DNA from: an uncultured Acidimicrobiia bacterium
Lineage (GTDB): Bacteria; Actinomycetota; Acidimicrobiia; Acidimicrobiales; Ilumatobacteraceae
Assembly: GCA_963844915.1 (NCBI GenBank)
Contig: CAWJQF010000008.1
Span: forward strand, 107,476-171,475
Length of the DNA stretch: 64,000 nt
Reading direction: 5' to 3'
Numbering within the stretch: position 1 is the first letter of the stretch; the number at the start of each line of letters is the position of its first letter. The translations under genes and the position numbers were made by a program. Under the pieces are notes generated by a model that was not told the DNA's origin, did not search any database, and worked only from the letters and a program-made list of their open reading frames with translations. Positions 49,165 to 58,844 of this stretch are shown one piece after another.

Positions 49165-49722
49165 TCAAGGCGCGTAGGTCGCCAGGATGATCCCGTTGCT
49201 GAGCACCCGCGAGTCGACGAGGTCGAACGAAGCCGCCAGGCCCGGCCGATACAGCAAGTCGCTGGCGTCGGGTGGTCCGACGAGTTGGGGATGGATCCAC
49301 AGCTGGAACTGGTCGAACAGGCCCTGCTCGAGCAACAGACGCGACACATCTCCGAACCCGTACTGCACGATGTGGCCACCGTCCTCGTCCTTGAGGCGGC
49401 GGACTGCGCCGGCCACGTCGCCGGCGATCACCTCGGTGTGCTGCCACTGCGGGTCAGTGATGGTTCCCGACACGACCACCTTGCGCATGGCGTTGATGCG
49501 ATCCGAGTACGCGTCGCCGCTGCGGCTCGTCCACGCCGGAGCGAACACGTCGTAGGTGCGTCGGCCCATCAGCACGATGTCGCAGGACTCCAACAAGCCC
49601 GTTTGGATCGACTCACCTTCGTCAGACGTGCCGCGCTTCAGCGCCGGCCAGAGATGCGGTCCTTCGATGACACCGTCGAGCGAGATGTAGGTGGAGTTGA
49701 TCAACTTCCGCACGTTGAACAC
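49165..49722 (-). CDS. dihydrofolate-reductase-like (RibD C-terminal domain) family protein
   Basis: RKLINSTYISLDGV..., LMGRRTYDVFAPAW, HIVQYGFGDVSRLLLEQGLFDQFQLWIHP. GTG starts are possible at 49722 or 49713. Confidence 0.8.
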   Translation of the reverse strand: MFNVRKLINSTYISLDGVIEGPHLWPALKRGTSDEGESIQTGLLESCDIVLMGRRTYDVFAPAWTSRSGDAYSDRINAMRKVVVSGTITDPQWQHTEVIAGDVAGAVRRLKDEDGGHIVQYGFGDVSRLLLEQGLFDQFQLWIHPQLVGPPDASDLLYRPGLAASFDLVDSRVLSNGIILATYAP

Positions 49723-49764
49723 TTTGCCGATGGCGCGCCATGCGGTATTGAACGAAAGCGACAG

Positions 49765-50457
49765 CTACATCGTCGGCACGGGCGTGACCTGGGCCGGCGT
49801 CTGTCCCATGAACCGCTTGAGCGAACGAGTCAGATGGGCCTGGTCGGCGTATCCCATCTCGTGGACCACATCAAGCGTCGAGTCACCTTGGACCAGCAAC
49901 GCCAGCGCGCACTCGGCGCGCCGGATCTGCCTGATCGCCCCTCGGGTCAGCCCGGTCGCCCGCGATACCCGACGTTGCACGGAGCGGGTTGACAAGTCGT
50001 TTGCGACGCCTCGCGATGCGTCCGATGCAACTGCGTCGTGCACCAGCAGACCGGCATCGACAAGCCGGTCGACGAAGACATCGACATTGTGCGGCTGCGG
50101 CAGTTCCCACACCGACCCGTCGAGCCAGAACGTCGTGTCCGTCACGAATGGCAACTCCAACGCCCGATCGACCAAGCACCCAGGCGGCAGGTTGGGCATG
50201 AACGTGCCGAGCGTGAACTGGATGCCGTAGAACTCGGCGTCCGAGGGGATCGGCACGGAGGTTGCCCGGGTCTCGGGACCTCGAACGGTCACGACCGCCG
50301 AGCCACAACGTCTCGTCACGACGATCTGCCAGTGGCACGCCGCCACAGAGATGAACGCCTCCTCGGGTGCACTGCGGGTGTGCCAGTAGTCGACGACGAA
50401 CGGCGAGCACGACGGGCGACGCTCGAGGTCGAAGAGTTCGGCGGCACGCTTCATCAC
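49765..50457 (-). CDS. AraC-family transcriptional regulator
   Basis: C-terminal HTH_18-like region (STRSVQRRVSRATGLTRGAIRQIRR..., GYADQAHLTRSLKRFMGQTP). Confidence 0.8.
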   Translation of the reverse strand: MMKRAAELFDLERRPSCSPFVVDYWHTRSAPEEAFISVAACHWQIVVTRRCGSAVVTVRGPETRATSVPIPSDAEFYGIQFTLGTFMPNLPPGCLVDRALELPFVTDTTFWLDGSVWELPQPHNVDVFVDRLVDAGLLVHDAVASDASRGVANDLSTRSVQRRVSRATGLTRGAIRQIRRAECALALLVQGDSTLDVVHEMGYADQAHLTRSLKRFMGQTPAQVTPVPTM

Positions 50458-50506
50458 CTCTTTGACGGGCGGCGGGGCATCAACTCATCTGTGTGAAGGT
50501 AGCGAC

Positions 50507-51598
50507 GTGAAGTTCGGCATCTTCTTCGAGCTGTCGGTTCCTCGCCCACTCACCCGCGCTGCCGAGCAGTCCGTCTACCGCGACGCGCTCGAACAGGCGC
50601 GGCTGGCCGACGAGCTCGGGTTCGACACGGTGTGGGCCGTGGAGCACCACTTCCTCGAGGAGTACTCGCACTGTTCGGCGCCCGAGCTGTTCCTCACGGC
50701 GGTGGCGATGCAGACCGAGCGGATCCGCGTCGGGCACGGCGCAGTCGTCTGCGTTCCACAGATGAACCACCCGATCCGCGTCGCCGAGCGGGCGGCGGTG
50801 CTCGACATCCTTTCCGGCGGGCGCCTCGAGTTCGGCACGGCGCGCGCATCGACGTGGACCGAGCTCGGCGGCTTCGGTGTCGACCCGGACACGACGAAGA
50901 TCTCCTGGGACGAGTACGTGCACTTGCTGCCGCGCCTGTGGACCGAGGAACGCGTCGCCCATCGAGGAGCGACGGTGTCCATGCCCGAGCGCCCTGTGCT
51001 GCCCAAGCCGGTGCAGGATCCGCATCCGCCGATGTGGGTCACCGTGACGACGCCGGGCACCGAGCTCGATGCCGCCGATCGCGGCATCGGCTGTCTGGGC
51101 GTCGCCGCGGCCAGCTTCGAGGAACAGGAGCGCCGCACGCGTGAATACCGCAAGCGGGTGGCGCTGTGCGATCCGGTGAGCTCGGTCGTCAACGACAAGG
51201 TCGCCACGATGAACTTCCTGTACTGCCACCCGGATGACGGGGTGGCGACCGACGTGGGCGGTCACATGTTCAACCAGTTCATGCTGCTCAACGGCCACCT
51301 GCTGTGGAACCGGGAGGTGTACCCGACCGCCGCGTACCAATCGCTCGCCAACCTTGCCCCCGCCGCCGCACGCCGCGACAGCGAGAACCCGTCTGAGCGT
51401 CGCCCGGTGCCCGACGGCATCGCGATCGGCGATCCAGACCGCATCGTCAAGGCGATCAAGGTGTGGGAAGAGATCGGCGTGGACGCCGTCAACTTCGTGC
51501 TCAACACGGCCGACGCGGTCTCGCAGGAGGACGTGATGGAGTCGATGCGGCTCTTCGCCTCGGACGTGATGCCGGCGTTCGGCTCGGGGCGGCACTGA
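50507..51598 (+). CDS. LLM-class flavin/F420-dependent oxidoreductase (luciferase-like monooxygenase)
   Basis: VKFGIFFELSVP, GFDTVWAVEHHF, LSGGRLEFGTARA. GTG at 50507. Confidence 0.85.
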   Translation: MKFGIFFELSVPRPLTRAAEQSVYRDALEQARLADELGFDTVWAVEHHFLEEYSHCSAPELFLTAVAMQTERIRVGHGAVVCVPQMNHPIRVAERAAVLDILSGGRLEFGTARASTWTELGGFGVDPDTTKISWDEYVHLLPRLWTEERVAHRGATVSMPERPVLPKPVQDPHPPMWVTVTTPGTELDAADRGIGCLGVAAASFEEQERRTREYRKRVALCDPVSSVVNDKVATMNFLYCHPDDGVATDVGGHMFNQFMLLNGHLLWNREVYPTAAYQSLANLAPAAARRDSENPSERRPVPDGIAIGDPDRIVKAIKVWEEIGVDAVNFVLNTADAVSQEDVMESMRLFASDVMPAFGSGRH

Positions 51599-52347
51599 TG
51601 TTGCAGGGAACCGCCACCCCCGAGGCACTGGCCGCAGCCGCCCCACACGTCGACACGCCTGCCACCGAGCCGCTGTTCGTTCCGCAGGCCGAGTTGCTGC
51701 AGGTCGCCTGGGAGGTCGACGCCGCTGACCGTGACTCGATGCTTCCGCCGGCGCTCCATCCTGTGAACCCGCCGGTCATCACGTTCTCGTTCCTGCGCGC
51801 ACGCGAGTGCACGCACGGCCCGTTCACGCTTGCTGAGCTCCGGCTGCTGTGCCGCAGCGGGATCCGGACGCGCGGATATCACCTCAGTGCGTTCGTCGAC
51901 AATCCCGAGATGGCGCGGATTCTGGCGTCGGGATGGGGTTACCGGGTCCAGGTGGCGGACGTGACGATGAGCCACCGCTACGACGGTGCAACCGGTTCGG
52001 TCGCCGTCGATGGGACCGACGTGCTGGCCGCCGGGCACACGTCGCCAAAGGCACTCTCGCCGTCTGATCTGCAATACACGTCGACGATGAACCCGGCCCG
52101 ACTCGAACGAGGGTTGCGCCTCCTCCAGGTCGAGCGGGAGTTCCACTTCGACAGCGCGGAGCGAGGTGAGCCCTTCGTCGACGCGTTCGACGCTGCGGTG
52201 TGGAGCGAACCTCGCCTGCGGCTCACCCATCCCGTGTCCGCGTCGTCGGCGGTCGCCGACGTCACGTTCAAGCCCGTCCGCTTCGCCTGCCGGGCCGACG
52301 TCTGGGCATTCGAAGGAACCGAGCCGATCTCGGCACCGGTCGGCTAG
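51598..52347 (+). CDS. hypothetical protein (possibly acetoacetate-decarboxylase-like fold), translationally coupled to the LLM gene
   Basis: ATG overlaps the upstream stop (TGATG). 249 aa with good GC3. The family call is only a weak impression from sequence character. Confidence 0.45.
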   Translation: MLQGTATPEALAAAAPHVDTPATEPLFVPQAELLQVAWEVDAADRDSMLPPALHPVNPPVITFSFLRARECTHGPFTLAELRLLCRSGIRTRGYHLSAFVDNPEMARILASGWGYRVQVADVTMSHRYDGATGSVAVDGTDVLAAGHTSPKALSPSDLQYTSTMNPARLERGLRLLQVEREFHFDSAERGEPFVDAFDAAVWSEPRLRLTHPVSASSAVADVTFKPVRFACRADVWAFEGTEPISAPVG

Positions 52348-52351
52348 CGGC

Positions 52352-53863
52352 TCACCCCCGGGCTGCGGTCACGCGGGTGACGTACCCGTGGCGCTCGCCG
52401 GTTTCCGGCGCGACGTAGTACACCGCGTCCTTGCCGATGAAGATCTGACCCATCGAAGGCCGCGAGCCGCGGACCCTCACTCGGGCCAGTTCGTCCCCGG
52501 TGCGGAGGTCGAGGACGACGAGGTCGAGCCGGCACGTGTGGTTCGACGAGCACGTGCGATCGTCGGTGTAGAGGTGTCCCGCCCGATAGTTCACGGCCAT
52601 CCCGGCAGATGACGTGATGTCGTCGTTCTCCCACAGCTTCTCGACCGACGTTCCGCCGTCGCACACCATGTAGCCCGCAACACGGCCCGTCGCCTGGTCC
52701 TGCACGGCGACCACGCCCGACTCGTACGGATCACCGGCCATCATGAAGAAGTTCCAGCCCGTCTCGTCGCCGCTGAACGCGTTGACACTGGCGAGCGACG
52801 CGCCGGCGGAGTCGCCTTGACTGAACAGCTTCATCGGCGTGGTCGCCTGCGGGCTGGTGTTGCTGGCGAACACCACACCGTCGCCGACGTAGACGTCCGA
52901 GCTCGCCATCGTGTCGCCCGAGGAGGGCTCGAGGTACGTGGCGGTCCAGGAATCGTCCAGCTCGAATGATGTCGGGGTGATGAGGAAGCGCACCGACTCG
53001 GTCTTGCCGGGGAAGTAGATGTACTCCTTCCCCGCGTCCGCGACGATCGCCATGCGAGCCGAAGCGATCGCCGTCGACTCGATGTTGACCTTGATCGACA
53101 GATCGTCCGGATCGACACGCAGCAGCGTGCCCGGCGCGTCGGCTCCCCCGCCCGAGGACGCCCAGCCCTTCAGGATGAGGTCGCCGTCGAGGGTCGCCGC
53201 GATGCCGTTGTACGTCGTCATCTCATTGGGTTCACCGGACTCCTTCGGCGCAAGCGGGAGCTCCGCGGACGACACCTCGGTGAACGTCCTGCGGTCGATC
53301 TTGTGGAGCACGCCGCGCACGACGGCGTACAGGTAGCCGTTGGAGTGGACGAGCAGACCGCCGGTGTAGTTCACGGCGGTGCCGCCCGTCAGCGGCATGA
53401 CGTCGACCTTCATGGTGTTCGCGTCGATCTGCGCGACGTACGGCGTCACGCGCCGCGAGGCAAGGAGCGTGCGCGCCGTGAGTGTCGGGATCCGATCCGT
53501 CGACGCGCCCAGCATCAGTTCGGTGAACATGTTCAGGAGGTACGGCGACCCACCGATCACGTACAGCTTGTCGCCGGTGCCGACGTAGCCCCAGACCGGC
53601 TCCTCGGGCAGACGCGCGCTGGCCGTCGCCAGCCTCACCCGATCGAGGTTGCCGGGCAGGCCCGTCGATGCAGCGTGGGTGCGCCACACGTCGGCGTGCT
53701 CAGTCGGCCATGGCGTATCCGCGTAGCCAGGTGCGCGGGCGGGAGAGGTGAGCGACGGCTCGCACGTTCCCCGGCTCGATGCTTCCGGGCTCCCGACCGA
53801 CACAGCGAGACCGACGACGACCGTCGACACCAACGTCCGCCTCGCGGCGCGTGCAACCGACAT
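52352..53863 (-). CDS. secreted beta-propeller-like protein, unknown function
   Basis: ATG at 53863 with GAAGGGGA upstream. Signal peptide MSVARAARRTLVSTVVVGLAVSVG. The repetitive beta-rich body has many G/Y/D turns (LYVIGG, YLYAVV, AVYYVA). Confidence 0.55.
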   Translation of the reverse strand: MSVARAARRTLVSTVVVGLAVSVGSPEASSRGTCEPSLTSPARAPGYADTPWPTEHADVWRTHAASTGLPGNLDRVRLATASARLPEEPVWGYVGTGDKLYVIGGSPYLLNMFTELMLGASTDRIPTLTARTLLASRRVTPYVAQIDANTMKVDVMPLTGGTAVNYTGGLLVHSNGYLYAVVRGVLHKIDRRTFTEVSSAELPLAPKESGEPNEMTTYNGIAATLDGDLILKGWASSGGGADAPGTLLRVDPDDLSIKVNIESTAIASARMAIVADAGKEYIYFPGKTESVRFLITPTSFELDDSWTATYLEPSSGDTMASSDVYVGDGVVFASNTSPQATTPMKLFSQGDSAGASLASVNAFSGDETGWNFFMMAGDPYESGVVAVQDQATGRVAGYMVCDGGTSVEKLWENDDITSSAGMAVNYRAGHLYTDDRTCSSNHTCRLDLVVLDLRTGDELARVRVRGSRPSMGQIFIGKDAVYYVAPETGERHGYVTRVTAARG

Positions 53864-53920
53864 GGCGATCGAGTCCCCTTCCCTCAAAGGCCGCCACGAC
53901 CGTGACAGCCCAATGAGCGA

Positions 53921-53949
53921 ACCATACACATTCCTGCAGTTGAATGCAA
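53921..53949 (-). promoter_or_regulatory. promoter-like TTGCAT-17 nt-TATGGT upstream of the beta-propeller gene, spacer holds an inverted repeat
   Basis: On the reverse strand TTGCAT is at 53949..53944, followed by a 17-nt spacer and TATGGT at 53926..53921. CATTCCTGCAGTTGAATG (53929..53946) has arms CATTC/GAATG around CTGCAG. Confidence 0.42.
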
Positions 53950-53973
53950 GAACTGTCCGACCGGCGTAGCGAG

Positions 53974-54669
53974 TTACGAGAGCAGGGGCGGACCCGTCAG
54001 TCCCGCGGCGATCCGTGACGGGTGCGGCGCTGCCAGCAGGCTGCGGGCGACGACGGCCAGCAGCGTCTCGTCGTCGTTGCTCGACGCCCACTCCATCAGT
54101 CCCAGGAAGGTCAACGAGATCACCGTCGTGACCGTCGCCCGGGCGGCAAGATCCTGCGGAGCCACGCCGCGTTCCTGCACGACCTTCCACACCGCGTCCT
54201 CGAAGTTCATTCTTCGTTCGAACGTGATCCTGCGGATGGAGGGCTCCGTGAGCATCAGCCGCACCTGGGAACGCACGAGCGATGCGGCGTCAACGCCAAC
54301 AAACTGGGCAAACTGCTCGAAGACACCCGTGAGGGCGGCGACCATCGACGTCGCCAGATCCTCGTCGAGGGGTCGCCCCCGTAGCGCCGCGCCGACGAGC
54401 GCCGGCAGGATGTCCCTTGGGACGAAGACGACATCCTCCTTGGTCGCGAAGTAGTTGAAGAACGTCCGCGGCGACACGCCGGCAGCCCTGGCGATGTCGT
54501 CCGTACTCGTCGCCTCGTAGCCTCGCTCTCCCATCAGTCGCAGCGCTGCCTCCCGCATGGCGCGTTCGGTCGCCTGCATGCGCGCCGCTCGCCGCCCGCC
54601 GTTCGACGGAGCTGCAGACGTGGTGGCACGCCGACCTTGGGTTGGCGTTGTTTGTTCAGTCAACTGCAC
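53974..54669 (-). CDS. TetR-family transcriptional regulator
   Basis: GYEATSTDDIARAAGVSPRTFFNYFATKED is the TetR HTH signature. The start is GTG at 54669 or ATG at 54579. Confidence 0.88.
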   Translation of the reverse strand: MQLTEQTTPTQGRRATTSAAPSNGGRRAARMQATERAMREAALRLMGERGYEATSTDDIARAAGVSPRTFFNYFATKEDVVFVPRDILPALVGAALRGRPLDEDLATSMVAALTGVFEQFAQFVGVDAASLVRSQVRLMLTEPSIRRITFERRMNFEDAVWKVVQERGVAPQDLAARATVTTVISLTFLGLMEWASSNDDETLLAVVARSLLAAPHPSRIAAGLTGPPLLS

Positions 54670-54811
54670 GAAGTCTAACCAATCTGCCGATCGCGGACGG
54701 TCGTGACAAAGAATTCTCTGGCTCCGCGTCGATTCTGCTGATCTCGTTCGTTGTGGCGGCAGAGCACGACGTCCTCAGCGTGCGCACACCAACCAGAACC
54801 AGGAGACCGAG

Positions 54812-55372
54812 ATGCGAAACCTGATCGTGACCGCCTTCGTGTCCGCCGACGGCGTGATGGAGGCCCCCGGCGGCGGCGACTACCGCAACGCCGGCTGGAC
54901 GTTCAAGGACGTCGAGTTCGATCCTGCCGCCTACGAGATCAAGGGCCGTGAGCAGCAGGAGACCACCGCGCTGCTGTTCGGCCGGCAGACATACGAGGAG
55001 TTCGCCCCGGTGTGGCCGACCATGGAGGAGTTCGCCGAGTACAACGCGATGCCTCGCTACGTGGTCTCGACCACCCTTGCCGCCGACGATCCAGGCTGGC
55101 CCGCGACCGTGCTGCGCTCGCTCGACGAGGTGGCTGCGCTGAAGGAGACCGAGGGCGGCGCGATCGCCGTTCACGGCAGCGCCACGTTGGGCGCCAGCCT
55201 CGCCGATGCCGGCCTCGTGGATCGCTACCACCTGCTCGTCTTCCCGTTGCTGCTCGGCGCGGGGAAGCGCCTGTTCAGCGAGAGCGACAAGGACACGACC
55301 AAGCTGAAGCTCGTGGAGTACGAGGCGTACCCGAACGGCGTGCAGAAGCAGATCTTCGACGTCGTGCGCTGA
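54812..55372 (+). CDS. dihydrofolate-reductase-like (RibD C-terminal domain) family protein
   Basis: MRNLIVTAFVSADGV, LFGRQTYEEFAPVWP, IAVHGSATLGASLADAGLVDRYHLLVFP. AGGAGA is the RBS. Confidence 0.85.
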   Translation: MRNLIVTAFVSADGVMEAPGGGDYRNAGWTFKDVEFDPAAYEIKGREQQETTALLFGRQTYEEFAPVWPTMEEFAEYNAMPRYVVSTTLAADDPGWPATVLRSLDEVAALKETEGGAIAVHGSATLGASLADAGLVDRYHLLVFPLLLGAGKRLFSESDKDTTKLKLVEYEAYPNGVQKQIFDVVR

Positions 55373-55379
55373 CCGACCG

Positions 55380-56288
55380 CTACGACAGGGCCGCCGAGAC
55401 GGCCTCGACGAGCTTGAGGATCCGTACCGCATCGGTGCGATCCGGGTCCTGGTCGGGGTCGTAGATCGCAATGCTCCAGCCGACGCAGCCTCCCGCCTCG
55501 ATGGCGGCGAGGAGCACTCGGCTGAGCTCCGTCCAGGTCAGACCGCCGGGCTCGTCGTCGACGCCCGGCAGTCCCTGGGCGCGGAACTCGAGCGGGTCCA
55601 GCACGTCGAGATCGACGTGCAGCCACCAGCGGTCCGCGACGGAGCGGATGTGACGCACGGATTCCGCCGCCGTTGCGGCGGGCCTGCTGGCCACTTCTCC
55701 GACTGACCGCAACCACACGCCGTGATCGCGCAGTGAGCCGACGTTGAACTGATGACGCCAAGCCTCGTCGCGAGGTCCGAGCACCGCCAGCATCGACCGC
55801 TCCAGGGCGGGCAGCCGCGAGGCCAACGGCCCGGTGAGCAGTCGCCCAGTCACCCCCAACAGCAGCCCGATCTCGGTGTTCGCGGCCTCGCCGTCCTCGG
55901 AGACGTCGAGCGGCATCGTGTCCTCGTGCCCGTCGATGAACACCAGGCCAACCGATCCGAGACGGTCGCGAAGACCGCACATCGTCCCGAGCAGCGACGA
56001 GCAGTCGCCACCGAAGACGACAGGGAACCGGTCTGCGAGCACCGCTGTACCGATCCGCTCGCTCAACGCGTCGATCATCGCCAGCAAGGCCGGCTCGTTG
56101 ATCAACGTCGTTGCGGCGCCACGCTCCGGCGTCGGGGCCGGCAGCTCGAGATCTCCTCCATCGATGACTCGATGACCCGCGAAGCACTCGGCCAAGCCAT
56201 GGTGACGGAGCACGCGAGCCGCCGAGGCCTGGTTCCCCGGGCGGCCGTATCCATCGAACGGGACGCCGATCAGCTCGACATCGACCAT
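55380..56288 (-). CDS. arginase-family hydrolase (agmatinase/formimidoylglutamase-like)
   Basis: VVFGGDCS, FIDGHEDT and LHVDLDVLDP are the Mn-binding motifs of the ureohydrolase fold. Confidence 0.85.
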   Translation of the reverse strand: MVDVELIGVPFDGYGRPGNQASAARVLRHHGLAECFAGHRVIDGGDLELPAPTPERGAATTLINEPALLAMIDALSERIGTAVLADRFPVVFGGDCSSLLGTMCGLRDRLGSVGLVFIDGHEDTMPLDVSEDGEAANTEIGLLLGVTGRLLTGPLASRLPALERSMLAVLGPRDEAWRHQFNVGSLRDHGVWLRSVGEVASRPAATAAESVRHIRSVADRWWLHVDLDVLDPLEFRAQGLPGVDDEPGGLTWTELSRVLLAAIEAGGCVGWSIAIYDPDQDPDRTDAVRILKLVEAVSAALS

Positions 56289-56340
56289 GTCCCGCGAGCC
56301 CTACCGTGCGTTCGCCATCTGCGCGAATGGAGAGTCATCG

Positions 56341-56769
56341 ATGTCGTTCACCGCCGAGGAGCGTGACTACTTGGCGTCCCAGCCCCTCGCGAGGCTGGCG
56401 ACGGTCTCGGCCGACGGGCAACCTGACGTCGTTCCCGTCAGCTATGAGTTCGACGGTACCCGGTTCTGGGTTGGCGGCCCGGGTGCGTCGGTGCTCGCCA
56501 CGCGCAAGTTCCGCAACGTCCTGGCCGGCCAGCACCAGGTAGCGCTCGTCATGGACGACATGGTGTCCTTCGATCCCTTCATCGCCCGCGGCATCCGCGT
56601 CTACGGGCGGGCTGGACAACCGGTCGAGCGGGTTGGGCTCGTCGGGCCCGGCACGTACCTGCCGATCGATCCCACCGTCTCTTGGAGCTGGAACCTGGAA
56701 GGTCAGCCGGTCGGCGACAGCTGGTACGAATCCAGGCGCACTGTTCACACCGGCGGACGGACCGCGTGA
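56341..56769 (+). CDS. PPOX-class F420-dependent / pyridoxamine-5'-phosphate-oxidase-family protein
   Basis: MSFTAEERDYLASQPLARLATVSADGQPDVVPVSYEFDG. GGAGAG is the RBS before the ATG at 56341. Confidence 0.8.
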   Translation: MSFTAEERDYLASQPLARLATVSADGQPDVVPVSYEFDGTRFWVGGPGASVLATRKFRNVLAGQHQVALVMDDMVSFDPFIARGIRVYGRAGQPVERVGLVGPGTYLPIDPTVSWSWNLEGQPVGDSWYESRRTVHTGGRTA

Positions 56770-56981
56770 GTGTTGGCGGCATCGGCGTAGGCGTCCTCCA
56801 TCGCTGTGGGGCGATCGACGCGTAGGAGGGCGAGTTCCGTGCCGCTCGGGTCGTGGAGAAGTGCGACCGGTCCCTCGGGCGTGCCGAGTGAGCGGGCCCC
56901 GACGGACCAGCCCCGAGCGCCGAGCGCGGCAATCGCGCCGCCGTCGACGCGATGAGCAATGTGCGCCGTATGACCGCTCAC
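56745..56981 (-). pseudogene. C-terminal remnant of a VOC/glyoxalase-family gene
   Basis: AIAALGARGWSVGARSLGTPEGPVALLHDPSGTELALL resembles the last beta-alpha-beta-beta-beta module only. Nothing upstream could encode the first half, and a heptamer repeat with stops in all frames precedes it. Confidence 0.4.
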
Positions 56982-57023
56982 CGCTCACCGCATGACCGCT
57001 CATCGCTCATCGCTCACCGCTCA
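56974..57023. repeat. heptanucleotide tandem repeat, seven units (YCGCTCA; one unit CCGCATGA)
   Basis: Read directly: CCGCTCA CCGCTCA CCGCATGA CCGCTCA TCGCTCA TCGCTCA CCGCTCA. It ends 27 nt before the methyltransferase ATG. Confidence 0.9.
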
Positions 57024-57050
57024 GCGCGGCCGGCAGAGCACGATGGAGCC

Positions 57051-57830
57051 ATGAGCGACGAGCCGCTTCCCGAGCACGTGCTGGTGAACCGCGCCCACTG
57101 GGATGAGAATGCCGCGAACTGGGTGGCCGGCGGCGAGCGCGAATGGCGCGGCGAGCCGACGTGGGGCAGCTGGCGCGTGCCGCTGCCGGGGATGCTGCCC
57201 GACGACATGTCCGGGATGGATGCCATCGAGCTCGGCTGCGGCACCGCCTACGTGTCGGCGTGGATGGCCCGCCGAGGGGCGACGGTGGTCGGCATCGACA
57301 ACTCCGAGGCGCAGCTGGCGACCGCCCGCCGGCTGGCCGATGAGCACGGCATCGAGCTGACACTGATCCACGGCAACGCCGAATCCGTTCCGTGCCCCGA
57401 CGGCTCGTTCGACTTCGCCATCTCGGAGTACGGCGCGGCGATCTGGTGCGACCCGTACATCTGGATCCCCGAGGCGCACCGCCTGCTGCGACCCGGCGGC
57501 ACGTTGGCCTTCCTCGGTTCCTCGACGCTGGCGGTCCTGTGCTCGCCGCTCGATGGTTCGTTGCCGATCACCGAACGGCTCGAACGCGACTACTTCTCGA
57601 TCCACCGACTGGACTGGCGTGATGCGCTCGACGAGCCCGGCGGCATCGAGTTCAACCTGCCGACCTCGAAGTGGTTCCGGCTCTTCGACGACACCGGCTT
57701 CGACGTCGTCGACTTCATCGAGATCCAGGCCCCACCACCCGACCAAGCCGACGAGGTTCGCTTCTTCGTCACTGCCGAGTGGGCCCATCGCTACCCCTCT
57801 GAACAGGTCTGGGTGCTCCGCAAGCGGTGA
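57051..57830 (+). CDS. class I SAM-dependent methyltransferase
   Basis: AIELGCGTAYVSAWMARRGATVVGIDNS (motif I) and LLRPGGTLAF. ATG at 57051. Confidence 0.85.
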   Translation: MSDEPLPEHVLVNRAHWDENAANWVAGGEREWRGEPTWGSWRVPLPGMLPDDMSGMDAIELGCGTAYVSAWMARRGATVVGIDNSEAQLATARRLADEHGIELTLIHGNAESVPCPDGSFDFAISEYGAAIWCDPYIWIPEAHRLLRPGGTLAFLGSSTLAVLCSPLDGSLPITERLERDYFSIHRLDWRDALDEPGGIEFNLPTSKWFRLFDDTGFDVVDFIEIQAPPPDQADEVRFFVTAEWAHRYPSEQVWVLRKR

Positions 57831-57878
57831 TCGTCGCGCCTCGATTGTCCGAGGTACCGCGCGGGTAGGTCCCCTGCG

Positions 57879-58844
57879 ATGCCCGAGCTCGGCCACGATC
57901 ACCGCGGCGCCCCACGACCTCGGGTCTGTGTGTTCGCCCCCGCTCCCCTGCTCACGGTGTCGGCCGAGATGCCCACGAACGCCGAGAGTGACGCCGAGCT
58001 GCACGTTCATGCAGGAGGTCAGGGGTTCTGGGTGTGCCGCCTGCTCGAGGAGCTGGACGTCGACCCCGTGATGTGTGCCTCGTTCGGCGGTGAGACAGGG
58101 AGGGTGCTGCGCACGCTGATCGACGCTGCCGGTGTGCGCGTCGCCGCCGTGTCCACGGCCGGGTCCAATGGCGCCTACGTCCACGACCGCCGCAGCGGTG
58201 AACGCGAAGTCGTGGCGACGATGGCGGCCGGTCCCCTGACCCGTCACGAGGTCGACGACCTCTACGGCGTCACGCTGATCGAGGCACTGGCATCCAAGGT
58301 CACCGTGCTGACCGGTCCCCAGGAGGATGTCGTCCCCGACGACATGTACCGACGGCTCGCACTCGACGCCCGCCGCAACGCCCGTTTCGTGGTGGCCGAT
58401 CTCTCAGGCGGTCGCCTGGAGGCTGCGCTCGAAGGCGGTGTCGACCTCCTGAAGGTCAGCGACGAGGAGCTCGAATCCGACGGCCGCCTCAGCAAGGCCG
58501 GCTCGCTCACAGCCGCCATCGACGCACTGGTTTCCGGTGGTGCCGCCAACGTCGTGGTGACCCGCGCCCATCAGCCGACCCTCGCGTCCATCAGCGGGCG
58601 GCGAGTGCGCGTGAACCCTCCGACGCTCGAGGCCGTCGAACCGAAGGGCGGCGGCGACTCGTACACCGCTGCGATGGCCGCCGCGGTGGCGCACGGGCGG
58701 ACGCTCGTGGAAGCGCTGGAGCTCGGCGCCGCCGCCGGCGCCCTCAACGTGACTCGTCGCGGGCTTGCCTCCGGCCGCCAGGACCTCATCGAGCGGCTGG
58801 CCGCGATGGTCACCGTCGAAGACGATGCCGAAGGGAGCACGTGA
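57879..58844 (+). CDS. PfkB-family sugar/phosphosugar kinase
   Basis: GGQGFWV near the N-terminus, LKVSDEEL, and GGGDSYTAAMAA..GAAAGALNVTRRG (PfkB signature 2). Confidence 0.8.
   Translation: MPELGHDHRGAPRPRVCVFAPAPLLTVSAEMPTNAESDAELHVHAGGQGFWVCRLLEELDVDPVMCASFGGETGRVLRTLIDAAGVRVAAVSTAGSNGAYVHDRRSGEREVVATMAAGPLTRHEVDDLYGVTLIEALASKVTVLTGPQEDVVPDDMYRRLALDARRNARFVVADLSGGRLEAALEGGVDLLKVSDEELESDGRLSKAGSLTAAIDALVSGGAANVVVTRAHQPTLASISGRRVRVNPPTLEAVEPKGGGDSYTAAMAAAVAHGRTLVEALELGAAAGALNVTRRGLASGRQDLIERLAAMVTVEDDAEGST

Noticed and set aside
46514-57023. Tandem repeats as CRISPR-like or minisatellite arrays
   Set aside because: The units are 6, 7, 9 or 12 bp with no spacers, and the arrays are at most 50 bp. 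No cas genes are present.
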